Assembly: GCA_043811375.1 (NCBI GenBank)
Contig: JBDRNJ010000031.1
Location: forward strand, 18,031 to 82,030
DNA length: 64,000 nucleotides
DNA from: a bacterium
GTDB lineage: Bacteria > Zixibacteria > MSB-5A5 > GN15 > FEB-12
Direction: 5' to 3'
Numbering within the stretch: the stretch's first letter is position 1; every line of letters starts with the position of its first letter. Below the pieces are notes generated by a model. That model was given only the letters and a program-made list of their open reading frames with translations, was not told the origin of the DNA and searched no databases. Shown piece by piece: positions 49,229-59,182 of the stretch. Made by a program: the position numbers and the translations under genes.

Positions 49229-49366
49229 TGTTGAAAAGCATAACAAACGTCATAGCGAGGAGCGAAGCGACGTGGCTATCTCGAACTCGGTTTCCAGCAG
49301 TGAATTGAGATCACCACGGCACGCAAGGCGTGCCTCGCGATGACGTGAAACGCAAGTTTATCAACA
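49229..49366. repeat. MITE/REP-like palindromic element
   Basis: Outer TGTTGAAAA / TTTATCAACA, inner GTCATAGCGAGG / CCTCGCGATGAC. Confidence 0.6.
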
Positions 49367-49443
49367 GACTCATTAGAGTCGGCATTCTGAAACCGATACA
49401 ATAAAGTCTTGACATGCCGATCGGATCGTCGCAAAATTGCGAC

Positions 49444-50592
49444 ATGGCGGCACCACTGAATTACAATCTCAGGGACATTCTGACCACCCCTGCGGCGGCC
49501 CTATCGGCCAAGCGTATTACTGTCATGACCTTTTTCATCTGTCTGGCGCTGCTTGTGTTTGACCTGTTTGTCTACCTGGCGGTGCTGATCGACGGTGAAC
49601 CACTGGGAGCATTTTTCTCGGTTTATGGCCTGATCCCTCTGTCCGGTCTCATATTTTCCAACTGGGTCGCCCAGGCGATGTATGCTCTGGGGATTGCGGC
49701 GGCGGTACTGGTGCTCATGTTGGGCTTCTTTGGGGTGTCGGCAATCGAAATCGAACAGATACGCGGCAATCGCTTCTTTTCTGCCGGGAGCGCTATCAGG
49801 TTCAGCCTGCGACGTCTGGGGCAGTTGCTGTTGTCGGAACTGGCGATGGTCTGTTTTGTCGGCTTTATTGTACTGCTGATCTTTGTCTTCGGCCTGGTGA
49901 CCCGCATCCCGCTTTTGGGAGAGTGGCTTTACGCTCTGTTTTTCCTGGTGCCCAATTTCATTATCGCGCTGCTGACGGTACTGGTGGTCCTGGTGATGGT
50001 TTTGTCGATCGTTGTCCTGCCGACGGTGGCGGCGGCGGAACGTCGTGGTGAAAGCTTCACCGCCATCCTGGAAACGTTCTCGACAATCATCCGCCAGCCG
50101 GTCAGGTGGCTGGTCTACACCGCCTACGCGCTGGTGGCCGCCAAAGTGTGCAGCTTTGTCTATGCTTACTTCTGCTACCGGGCGGTGCAGTTTCTGACAT
50201 TCTCGGCATCGCTCGGCGCCGGCGACAAAGTCTGGCGGCTGCTGAAATCAGGCGCTTCTCATCTGCCGACCGGTTCCCCACTGGTAAAAGAGACACTCAG
50301 TGTCTTTCCCGGGATTGACTGGTCGTTCTCATTAGCCGCCTGGGGTCGCGGCGGCGGTAACGAGGCGGCCGGATACCTGATGGCGGTCATGCTGTTTGTA
50401 GTATTTGCTTCCGTGATCGGCTATGCGTTGGCGGTGGTGGCGACAGCCCAGGCGCGGGGGTATGTCATTATACGCTACCACAAGGACGGCTATCGGATTG
50501 AAGATGAAGACCCGCTTTTCTTCGAAGAGGAACATGTCAACCCGCCGGTGGAAGAGGGGGACGACGCAACGCCGCTTGAGCCGCAAGATTAA
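49444..50592 (+). CDS. Hypothetical polytopic membrane protein
   Basis: About 6-7 TM segments and an acidic tail. ATG 49444 follows TTGACA-17-CAAAAT. Confidence 0.7.
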   Translation: MAAPLNYNLRDILTTPAAALSAKRITVMTFFICLALLVFDLFVYLAVLIDGEPLGAFFSVYGLIPLSGLIFSNWVAQAMYALGIAAAVLVLMLGFFGVSAIEIEQIRGNRFFSAGSAIRFSLRRLGQLLLSELAMVCFVGFIVLLIFVFGLVTRIPLLGEWLYALFFLVPNFIIALLTVLVVLVMVLSIVVLPTVAAAERRGESFTAILETFSTIIRQPVRWLVYTAYALVAAKVCSFVYAYFCYRAVQFLTFSASLGAGDKVWRLLKSGASHLPTGSPLVKETLSVFPGIDWSFSLAAWGRGGGNEAAGYLMAVMLFVVFASVIGYALAVVATAQARGYVIIRYHKDGYRIEDEDPLFFEEEHVNPPVEEGDDATPLEPQD

Positions 50593-50618
50593 CCGGGCTC
50601 TGTTAGCAGAGGTGGGAG

Positions 50619-51236
50619 ATGTCCAACACCGAGATTCATAGTCCGAGCCAGGACCATAATATCACTGCTACTGATCACTGGCAGCGATGTAGAAAGCTAC
50701 TGGACGAACCCAGGGATTCCAGTGATTTCTTCTATGCTGCACTGGAACTCAGATGCTGTATCGAACGAGTATGCTTCGAGTGTCTGGTGCTACTAACCCA
50801 TCGCACAAGGGATCTCTCAAAAAGCGAACTCAAACTTTACAAGCCGAAAGAGCTTTTTCAGGCTGTATTCAGAGAAGCACCGCACTACGCAAAGTTGGTT
50901 GACTTTATAAATACAGTTTTCGAAGTGGGTGGATATCACTATCCTGTCGTGATTCCGGATTTCGTCTGGTTACAGGAGACCCACGGGAAATTGGGGCGTT
51001 ATCTCCACGCACAGAAGGAAGAACTTTCTGTCAAAGATAAGATTGAAGCTAAACACTTTCTAAATCATTCTCTGGAACAGATATTCAAGTACTTGCGGCG
51101 TGCCAACATAAGCGAGTGGTGGGAACACAGCAAATCAATTTTCGACAAGTATGTCGAGGGGTCTATTGACCGGGGCCAGATGAGGAGAATGCTGGAACTG
51201 GCCAACATACCGCATCACATGATCAATAAGCCCTGA
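50619..51236 (+). CDS. Hypothetical helical protein (HEPN-like pattern)
   Basis: RBS, LELRCCIER...LGRYLH, TGATG overlap with panC. Confidence 0.55.
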   Translation: MSNTEIHSPSQDHNITATDHWQRCRKLLDEPRDSSDFFYAALELRCCIERVCFECLVLLTHRTRDLSKSELKLYKPKELFQAVFREAPHYAKLVDFINTVFEVGGYHYPVVIPDFVWLQETHGKLGRYLHAQKEELSVKDKIEAKHFLNHSLEQIFKYLRRANISEWWEHSKSIFDKYVEGSIDRGQMRRMLELANIPHHMINKP

Positions 51237-52081
51237 TGACCACTATCCGCTCCATCAAACGTATGCAAACCGTCGCCCGAAAGCTGGCGGCGCAGGGTAA
51301 AACAATCGGGCTGGTGCCGACGATGGGCTGTCTGCACGAGGGACACCTGTCGCTGATACGTCGGGCGAATAAAGCGGCCGACGTTGTCATTACCAGTATC
51401 TTTGTCAACCCCGCCCAGTTTGCGCCCGACGAAGACCTCAACCGCTACCCCCGCGATGAACGAGGCGATATTCGCAAGATCAAAGCGGATGGCGGCGACA
51501 TTGTCTTTATCCCCAGGACAAACGATATCTACCCCGACGACTTCCAGACCTTTGTAACGGTCGAGAAACTGACCCACACTCTCGAAGGAACCAGTCGCCC
51601 GACGCACTTTCGCGGCGTGACTACCATTGTCGCCAAGCTGTTTAATATCTGCCGTCCCGACGTGGCCGTTTTCGGCATGAAAGACTACCAGCAGGCGATA
51701 GTGCTCAAGCGAATGACCGCCGACCTGAGTTACCCGGTCAAGATGATTATAGCTCCAACGGTGCGCGAACGCGACGGCCTGGCGCTGTCATCGCGCAATA
51801 AGCACCTCAGCGACCGGCAGCGACAGGAGGCGCTCTGCCTTTACTACGCCCTGCACACGTCGAAGGCGATGGTGTCAAGTGGCATTGTCGATGTCAGGAA
51901 AATCAGCCGGGAGATGCAGGCAGTTATCAGAAGTATCTGCCCGACGGCGAAGATCGACTATATCGCCTTTACGGACTTCACCTCACTGGCTCCGGTCAAA
52001 CGGGTGGTCAAGGGCACTGTCTGCTCGCTGGCGGTGAAACTCCACCGCGTGCGGTTGATTGATAATATGAAAATGAAGTAA
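51236..52081 (+). CDS. panC: Pantoate--beta-alanine ligase
   Basis: VPTMGCLHEGH, FVNPAQF, RPTHFRGV, KDYQQ, SSRN, RLIDN. Confidence 0.95.
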   Translation: MTTIRSIKRMQTVARKLAAQGKTIGLVPTMGCLHEGHLSLIRRANKAADVVITSIFVNPAQFAPDEDLNRYPRDERGDIRKIKADGGDIVFIPRTNDIYPDDFQTFVTVEKLTHTLEGTSRPTHFRGVTTIVAKLFNICRPDVAVFGMKDYQQAIVLKRMTADLSYPVKMIIAPTVRERDGLALSSRNKHLSDRQRQEALCLYYALHTSKAMVSSGIVDVRKISREMQAVIRSICPTAKIDYIAFTDFTSLAPVKRVVKGTVCSLAVKLHRVRLIDNMKMK

Positions 52082-52165
52082 GTTGACCTGGCAAGTCTCT
52101 TCTATACCTGCCCTTGTTTGTTAATCGAGTGATGGCAGCCGACTCTGGCTGACACCTGCATCTGG

Positions 52166-53413
52166 TTATCGGCTGTGTATCTTATCCAGCAGCCCCGCAA
52201 ACCTGCGGGCCATCTGCTCCGATGAAAACATGCGGGCGTAGTCGGGCATAGGGGAGATGGCAAGGCCATCATTTTCAGACAATGATATCTGTTCGCATAG
52301 ATAATTGGCGGCGTTGGTGATATTGTTCTTGGTGAAGCAGAAGCTGTTGCCGGTTGGTGCCAGAAGTTTCTCGACCTCGCTGCCGTGCGGTACGGCCGCC
52401 ATAATCGGTCGTCCGGAGGCCAGCAGCGTGTATATGCGGCCGGGTATGACGCCGGATTCTTTTTCGGATGCCACGCTGACGTAAAACAACGAAGCGTCGG
52501 AGAGGATGCGTATCGTGCCGGCGCGACTCTGAAAGCCGTGACAGTCACAAGTATCGGTTAGATCATACCGCTCGAGTTGTAATGACAGCCAGCGGCTGTC
52601 GACCCGACCTACTTGTAACAATCTGATCTTGTTAAACAGCCTCGGTTGTTTTTCGCGCACCACTGCAATCATTTTCAGTAGTGGCTCTACCGGGCAGATT
52701 TCGTCAAATGTTCCCAGCAGGCCGATAACCAGGTGCTCGTGGTCATTGGGTGTGCGCCAGAGCGCGGCGAACTCGGGATCGTAGCTGTTGTATATCACTT
52801 CATCGGCTCGAACGTAGTCGGCGATTGATGGATTGACCGCTGTCACTAACGTTGCCTGCTTTCTTATCGTCTGCAGCAGAACCTGAGCTTTGGTGACCTG
52901 CCTCTCGTTTTGGTATGTGTCCTCGGCTTTGTAAAGAGACCAGAAATCTCTGAAATCAGCGATCCAGGGAGTATCTGTCTCAAGGGACAACTGTCTGGCG
53001 ACCAGATGATTGGAAATCGGGGGAGAGGTTGAGATTAAAACATCGTAACGGTAATTGGACAGGAGTGTGCGTCCCATTCGAATAGCCGGTCTGACCCAGC
53101 CAACTTTGTGATCGGGGAAGAACCGGCGGGAGGCCCTCTTGCCGCTTTGCACAACTGCGTTGCGGACTCTGCGGATACCCAGCAAGTACATCAGGCGCTG
53201 GGGATCATGCGAGCCTGACCGGTGAATACGGCCTGATTCGACGCCATCCAGCAACTCCGGTTCCTTAACACGGCAGGCGGTTGGTTTGACGGTGAGAACA
53301 TCACATTTGTAGCTGCAGAGGGGAAGATACTTGTACAGCCCCACCGGACGCCCGATGGCGGGCCCGCCCACCGGCGGGAAATCGTAGCAGATCAGCAGGA
53401 CACAACCCTTCAC
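52166..53413 (-). CDS. GT4-like glycosyltransferase
   Basis: YDFPP, STSPP, ADFRD, PGRIYTLLASGRP. Confidence 0.8.
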   Translation of the reverse strand: MKGCVLLICYDFPPVGGPAIGRPVGLYKYLPLCSYKCDVLTVKPTACRVKEPELLDGVESGRIHRSGSHDPQRLMYLLGIRRVRNAVVQSGKRASRRFFPDHKVGWVRPAIRMGRTLLSNYRYDVLISTSPPISNHLVARQLSLETDTPWIADFRDFWSLYKAEDTYQNERQVTKAQVLLQTIRKQATLVTAVNPSIADYVRADEVIYNSYDPEFAALWRTPNDHEHLVIGLLGTFDEICPVEPLLKMIAVVREKQPRLFNKIRLLQVGRVDSRWLSLQLERYDLTDTCDCHGFQSRAGTIRILSDASLFYVSVASEKESGVIPGRIYTLLASGRPIMAAVPHGSEVEKLLAPTGNSFCFTKNNITNAANYLCEQISLSENDGLAISPMPDYARMFSSEQMARRFAGLLDKIHSR

Positions 53414-54549
53414 AGTGATTCCCCCCGCGCCAGCCGCTGCATGATACCAAATTCGCAGGCGATGTTGTTCTCGAACACCGCCTCCCGTTTGACTCGGGCC
53501 AGGTTCTCACGACGTATCTGCTCGTGGGGATTCCGTGTCTGCAGCAAGGTTGTGATCAGCGTCCTGAGTGCCTCGGTATCATTCTCACGATAGGCGTAGC
53601 CGCTGCCGGGGGTGAGCCATTCTCTGACGCCGGGGATATCGGCCACCACCGGCAGTAACCCCAGTCCCATGGCTTCAATCAGGGAGGCTGGTGACGAATC
53701 AGTGGTGGCCGCGGACAGGTAGACATCGTGTTCTGCCATGAACGGCAGAAATTCAGAGCGTGGCAACTTCTCATAGTAACGGATACCATCTCCGGCCAGC
53801 CGAGTTGCCTCGCTGCGGAAATCGTCGATCAACTGACCATAACCGGGGAAGGTTATTTCCACTCTGCGCTCCAGTACCAACGGTGCCAGCGCCCGGATGA
53901 GGAAAGTGTTATTGTATAATCGCTCATGACGACGAGGCACAATGATTCTGAGTGGATTCTGGAAGCGGTAGCTCTGTCTGTGAAGCGAAAGGTATCTCCC
54001 TTCGATTCCCCAGGGGATAACCGCTGAAGACGCCAGTTGGCTTAGTTCACGGGCCGCCTCGACCAGATAATGCGAATCACCTATGACACAGTCAGCCGCC
54101 TTGAGAGCCAGTACGGGTTTCATCTTGTGAAGAAACGATTTTTTCGGAGCCAGCAGTATATCTCCACCCCACAGATTGAGCACGATTGGAGTTTGTTTCC
54201 CGATGGTCGCTATGGCTGCTGCGAAGCCATAACCGGCGGCATAATGCGGGTTTATGACGTCCGGTCGGAAACGATCGATGAGTCGGCGAATTTGAATTGC
54301 CGACAAGGGGTAATGGAAGATCCGATGCGGTCCGCGTCCTTTGAGATGGAAGTGCAGTATATCTCCCGGCTCGATTGAAGCCACCAGAACGTGGCAACCC
54401 TGTCGGCGCAACTCGGCCGCGAAGCGCTCCGTGTGAAACGATGAACTCTTGGCCAGAAGCAGAACCTTAAATCGCGCGCGTTTCACAGCAGTTTTCCCAG
54501 ACCCGATTTGCGGTAATAGCAGTTGTAAACGTGCGGCCGACCACCCCAC
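53410..54549 (-). CDS. GT4 glycosyltransferase (start uncertain, probably near 54486)
   Basis: PDVINPHY, GGDI, SLIEAMGLGLLPVVADIPG. Confidence 0.82.
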   Translation of the reverse strand: MGWSAARLQLLLPQIGSGKTAVKRARFKVLLLAKSSSFHTERFAAELRRQGCHVLVASIEPGDILHFHLKGRGPHRIFHYPLSAIQIRRLIDRFRPDVINPHYAAGYGFAAAIATIGKQTPIVLNLWGGDILLAPKKSFLHKMKPVLALKAADCVIGDSHYLVEAARELSQLASSAVIPWGIEGRYLSLHRQSYRFQNPLRIIVPRRHERLYNNTFLIRALAPLVLERRVEITFPGYGQLIDDFRSEATRLAGDGIRYYEKLPRSEFLPFMAEHDVYLSAATTDSSPASLIEAMGLGLLPVVADIPGVREWLTPGSGYAYRENDTEALRTLITTLLQTRNPHEQIRRENLARVKREAVFENNIACEFGIMQRLARGESL

Positions 54550-55406
54550 TTTCTCTTGAAACTGTCCACGCCGGGCGCATCCTCCGGTGAAGAACCGAGA
54601 TTAAGGATCGTGATGTCTTCGCGGGCAGCCGAACGCGCCGTTGCAAACGGGATGTACTTGGCGGCCTGCAAATACGAGTGAGCCTCATCGATGAACGCCT
54701 GCCAGTGAAAGAGATGGCTACCCTCGACAATGAAGATATTCGACGACACCGGTTCACCCCGGTGTTCACACCAGACCCAGTGAAGGCGGCTGTCATGCTC
54801 GGCCAGCTTGGCCAGGGTTTCAAAGAAACGGGAACCGAAAGTAACCCGGCTGCCGGTGCGTCGGCCGGTCTGCTCAACCAGGCGGAGAAATCCGGAGAGA
54901 TGGCGTTGCCGGTCAAAAGACTCCCGACAAATCCCCTCCTTTTCAGCCTTGCGAATCTGCTGGCGCAGTTTCTTGTCGGGCGGTTCCCAGTCGGGAGAGG
55001 AAATGTCGACCAGTAATGTTTCTCTCTGGGAAGTTTGAAGCATTCCCGCCGGCTGGAAGGTCGCGTAGAAATCATTCACAAACAGCTTGATGTAACCGGC
55101 CCGCGTGAGTGCCTTCATTATGGCAGCGGCTAATTCGGTTTTGTCGTCGATATCCGGTCGGCAGAACAAACGAGCGTAACACCCGGCCGGCATGGCATGG
55201 AAACGGCGAATGAATTTGAACCCGAATTCGACACCGGGAAGAACCGCCTGTATTTCCCCGCCCTCTTCCGCTACCCAGTATACCGGTTTTCCTCCAAGAG
55301 TGCACCATAGATTGGCAAAGTCCCGCGAACCGAAAAACGAGTTACCGATCAGGCCAGCCACCGAATCCCAGGGCAGGCGGTCCTGCCGGTAGCGGGACAC
55401 TTTCAT
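54483..55406 (-). CDS. GNAT/FemAB-like acyltransferase
   Basis: RQQIRKAEKEG, LNLGSS, GVDSFKRKWG. Confidence 0.75.
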   Translation of the reverse strand: MKVSRYRQDRLPWDSVAGLIGNSFFGSRDFANLWCTLGGKPVYWVAEEGGEIQAVLPGVEFGFKFIRRFHAMPAGCYARLFCRPDIDDKTELAAAIMKALTRAGYIKLFVNDFYATFQPAGMLQTSQRETLLVDISSPDWEPPDKKLRQQIRKAEKEGICRESFDRQRHLSGFLRLVEQTGRRTGSRVTFGSRFFETLAKLAEHDSRLHWVWCEHRGEPVSSNIFIVEGSHLFHWQAFIDEAHSYLQAAKYIPFATARSAAREDITILNLGSSPEDAPGVDSFKRKWGGRPHVYNCYYRKSGLGKLL

Positions 55407-57625
55407 TGCTGACGGACCAGCAGTATCTTGCCGCGGCCGAGGTTGCCGTCCTGGTCGGAGATAACGAAAAAATAGACTCCGGAAGCGACCGGTTCACCTC
55501 GCTGATTTTGTCCCGTCCAGGCCCGGCTGGTGGGGTGTTCGGCAATCAGTTCACCGGCCAGGGTAAACCAACTGACTTTGCCGCTACCGGAGAAATTAAA
55601 GCTGACCGTGTCATGATCGAAACGAATCACAAACGGGTTGGGATAAGCTACGACCTGATCGATTCGGGAAGTAAGGCTCGTTACACCCGAGCGCAGCACC
55701 GATAATCCGGACGGCGTGGCGATGTACAGATCCCCGGTGCGGGAATCCAGGGTCAGATTGGTGATTTCGTCAGCTACCAGGCCACTGGTGCGACTCTTGA
55801 AGACGGTATCGACGCCCGATTCTTGTTCGACTCGCCCCAGGCCGTTGGCGGCGCCTATCCAGACAATGCCGCGAGGGTCGAATTCCAGCGCCGTAATGTC
55901 AGGTCCGATCCCGGCCGGGAGATTGACATTCACAAAGCGATCCAGGTCCCAGCGGACCAGCCCGAAGCTGGTACCCACCCAGAGGTCACCGGTCGGTGAG
56001 AATCGCACGCACCTGACGGCGTCGGAGGGGAGGCCCGATTCGGTGGTATACTGTTGACAGGAGCGCCGGCTGTGATCAAAGGGATCGTCACCCATTTGGC
56101 ACAAAAACAGACCGGCCGAGATAGAACCCACCGCCAGCTTGCGGCCAAACACATCCAGAGATCCGACCCGTTCACTGGTCATGCCGTCAGCCGTACCCAG
56201 CGAATCCCAGCCATCGGGTCTGTCCAGATTGTCCAGATCGCCGATACCGATCGGATAGCCATTCAGGGCGCGGTAGCAGCCGGCATAGACATATCTGCCG
56301 TCAGTCGCCAGTCCCCTGATGACTACGTAGCGGTAGGGAGCCGGTTCGGGGCCGATACCTCTCAGTGTCGAATTCGATTGGTCGTACCTGGCCACACTAT
56401 CTGCCGCAACCCGCCAGAGACCGCTGCCCCAGGTGCCGATCCAGGCATTGCCCGACGAATCGCTGATTACGTCGGTGGTCTCGTCGCGAAAGGAGTGTGG
56501 CAGGGTCGTCCAGCGACGGTCATAGTACCGGGCTGCTCCTTGTACAGTAAATCCGACCGTGACCAGTCCGGCCGAGTTTACAGCGACATCCGATATGTCA
56601 TTGCCGGGAGGACCGGTCCAGATGTACTCACTGAAGTAGCCTGTCGAATCCGGGTCCGTATAAATACCGTTACCTCCCGTGCCCAGCCAGCGATAATCTC
56701 CCGTGTTGACACCTGAGATCGGTGGAGAAGGGGGGCCGGTGACGGAAAGAGAGGTCATGGTGGAATCCACCAGGACACCCAGGCCGCCCTCGTAATAGAA
56801 AAACAGAGAATCGTTCTCGATCTTCAGTTCTGTAAAGGGTTCACCGACGCCGACCGGCAGAGCGGTGAAAACTGTATCGGTCGGCGAGCGATCGAGACGG
56901 AACAATCCTTTGGCAGTGGCGACATACAAGGCGCTGTCGTACCAGACAACCCGGCGAAAATCCACGGTACCCAGCTCGGGGTGGTTGTCGACATTGAAAG
57001 CTGTCCAGGTTGCCGGAGATTTCAACAGCAGCGGCAGTGTCTTGTCGGCGGCGGCCAGACCGGACGAGGTGGCGATCCAGATGGTTTCACCGATCAGTTG
57101 AATGTCATTGACTGTCGGGGCGGCGTTAAGATGACCGAACAACTGGTAGCTGTCCTGAATTTCGCCGCCATCCCTGGTCTTGGAAAAAAGCACCAGGCCG
57201 ATATTGGTGCCGCCCCAGAGATTATCGCCGTCATCGGACAGACATTGCAGCATTATCGGATTATCGTCTGTCTCAAAAAGGAACTGCTCTGACTGATCGA
57301 CAGCGAACTTAATCAGCCTTCCCCGGCCGGTTACCCATTTTTGCCCGCTGCCGTCTTTGATGATGTCGGTAATATCGACCGTGCCCAGACCGTTGAGGTT
57401 GGTGAACTTCAAGCCCGGACCGGTGATGTCGGTAATGGCCAATAGCCCCCCGGCGGTGGCGGCCCAGACGGTGTCATCGATCAGGCGCAGTCGTCCGGCA
57501 TCGCGGAACGATGTTATAGTCTCCCAACCGATTTCCGCCGCGCCGGCCGATCTCGACAGCGTTATCAGCGACGCTGCCAGGCAGATGAGATAACGTCTGA
57601 TAAGTGAGTAACTCGTCCAATCCAT
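55403..57625 (-). CDS. PorZ-like beta-propeller protein with T9SS/FlgD-type C-terminal domain
   Basis: Reg_prop-like repeats (WxxTxxGL, GLPSD) and YPNPF...WTGQNQRGEPVASGVYF. Confidence 0.7.
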   Translation of the reverse strand: MDWTSYSLIRRYLICLAASLITLSRSAGAAEIGWETITSFRDAGRLRLIDDTVWAATAGGLLAITDITGPGLKFTNLNGLGTVDITDIIKDGSGQKWVTGRGRLIKFAVDQSEQFLFETDDNPIMLQCLSDDGDNLWGGTNIGLVLFSKTRDGGEIQDSYQLFGHLNAAPTVNDIQLIGETIWIATSSGLAAADKTLPLLLKSPATWTAFNVDNHPELGTVDFRRVVWYDSALYVATAKGLFRLDRSPTDTVFTALPVGVGEPFTELKIENDSLFFYYEGGLGVLVDSTMTSLSVTGPPSPPISGVNTGDYRWLGTGGNGIYTDPDSTGYFSEYIWTGPPGNDISDVAVNSAGLVTVGFTVQGAARYYDRRWTTLPHSFRDETTDVISDSSGNAWIGTWGSGLWRVAADSVARYDQSNSTLRGIGPEPAPYRYVVIRGLATDGRYVYAGCYRALNGYPIGIGDLDNLDRPDGWDSLGTADGMTSERVGSLDVFGRKLAVGSISAGLFLCQMGDDPFDHSRRSCQQYTTESGLPSDAVRCVRFSPTGDLWVGTSFGLVRWDLDRFVNVNLPAGIGPDITALEFDPRGIVWIGAANGLGRVEQESGVDTVFKSRTSGLVADEITNLTLDSRTGDLYIATPSGLSVLRSGVTSLTSRIDQVVAYPNPFVIRFDHDTVSFNFSGSGKVSWFTLAGELIAEHPTSRAWTGQNQRGEPVASGVYFFVISDQDGNLGRGKILLVRQQ

Positions 57626-59124
57626 GATAACAGCAATATACCGACAATACCCAGTGTGATCAAGAACGACCCGTTGCCGACAACATCGCCGATCCGGGTG
57701 TAAACAGAATATTTTTCAAGCCGGTCAACTTTGCCCCGCAGCGCCGCCACGTCGTAGACGGGCAGTTCCTGGCGTATTCGACCGTAGCCGTCGACGATAT
57801 ATGTCAGGCCGCTGTTGGCGACCCGAACCGACCAGCAACGGTTTTCCACTGCACGGGTGATGAATATCCGCGAGTGCATGTGGATACCCACCGAACGCCC
57901 GAACCAGGTATCATTGGTGATGCCGACCAGAAAGTCGGCGCCGTCGCGGATCATCTGCCGGACGTACTCGGGAAAGGTCGTCTCAAAACAGATCAGTACG
58001 CCATAGCTGGCCTGGGGCAGGTGAAAGAGAAAGGCTGAGTCGCCGGGGTAAAAATCCGACCACCACTGTACACTGTAGTTGTCGATAAAGGTCAGGTATT
58101 TTCTCAGGAACTTCTTCTGCAGGAACGGCAGGTTGTCCTGGTAAGGTACATGTTCGGAAAACGGCACTAACTTGACCTTGTCGTAACGACGGCCGATGCG
58201 ACCGGATGTATCCACCTGGTAACAGGAATTGTGGTAGTGCGACTGGCCGTCGACATACTGGGCACCCAGGGCGCCGACCAGGTGATAACCACCGGAACCC
58301 CGAACGATATTGCTGACCCGCGAGCGCCAGGTCTGACTGTGGCTGAGGTAACAGGGTGCTGAGGTTTCCGGCCACACATACAAGGCGATGGAAGTGTCGG
58401 CGACAGTCCGGATAAGTGAATCGTAAATGTGGAAGCTGTGTTCCTCGTTGTTTTGAGCCCATTTTTCCTCCAGCGGCACCGAGCCCTGCAGCATGGCCAC
58501 GTCAAGACTGCCCCCGATGGGGAACCGTGGCGTCTCGATCCAGCCGTAAGCGACCAGGGCGATTACAATGGCTGCCGAGAGCAGTCCGGCCGTCAATCGT
58601 CTCGGTGGCGACACGGTGCGCCGGAACACCTGCCAGAGGAGAACGTTGACGATTACGATCAGGAATGAAAGGCCGTGTACCGATATTACCGAGACGATCT
58701 GCAGAATGTACAGGTAATACGACTGCGAGTAGCCGAGGTCCGACCAGGGAAAAGCGAACTCTGACAGGGTGCGGAAATACTCCATCCCCACCCACAGAAA
58801 CGGCAGGGCCACCAGGCCCAGCAGGGGCCGGATGCGGTAAAGACGGTTGCAGGCCATCAGTACCGCCGTATAGTAGAAAGCTACAATGGTAACCGCCGTC
58901 ACCATGCCCGGTGGCGTTACCATGGCTATCCAATACAGTGAGAACAGGTTAAAGAAAAAACTGAAAAAGTAGGCGGCGTTGAAAGCCGGTCGGCCGGAAA
59001 GAGAGGTGATGATCATCAACGGCCTGACCAACGCCAACCAGGCCAGGAAACCGAAATAATCGGGATAAAACGACAGCGACAGCAGAAACGCCCAGACCGT
59101 TAGCTCCAGCCGCCGCTTGCGCAC
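57565..59124 (-). CDS. lnt: Apolipoprotein N-acyltransferase
   Basis: FPW, WPETS, KVKLVPFSE, ICFE, TNDTWFG, RAVEN, ANSG. Confidence 0.93.
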   Translation of the reverse strand: MRKRRLELTVWAFLLSLSFYPDYFGFLAWLALVRPLMIITSLSGRPAFNAAYFFSFFFNLFSLYWIAMVTPPGMVTAVTIVAFYYTAVLMACNRLYRIRPLLGLVALPFLWVGMEYFRTLSEFAFPWSDLGYSQSYYLYILQIVSVISVHGLSFLIVIVNVLLWQVFRRTVSPPRRLTAGLLSAAIVIALVAYGWIETPRFPIGGSLDVAMLQGSVPLEEKWAQNNEEHSFHIYDSLIRTVADTSIALYVWPETSAPCYLSHSQTWRSRVSNIVRGSGGYHLVGALGAQYVDGQSHYHNSCYQVDTSGRIGRRYDKVKLVPFSEHVPYQDNLPFLQKKFLRKYLTFIDNYSVQWWSDFYPGDSAFLFHLPQASYGVLICFETTFPEYVRQMIRDGADFLVGITNDTWFGRSVGIHMHSRIFITRAVENRCWSVRVANSGLTYIVDGYGRIRQELPVYDVAALRGKVDRLEKYSVYTRIGDVVGNGSFLITLGIVGILLLSWIGRVTHLSDVISSAWQRR

Positions 59125-59182
59125 ATTGGCATCAGGCGGGAGAATCAGTCGTGCGATTCTGGTCAGCAGGTTCTTCAGAGGA

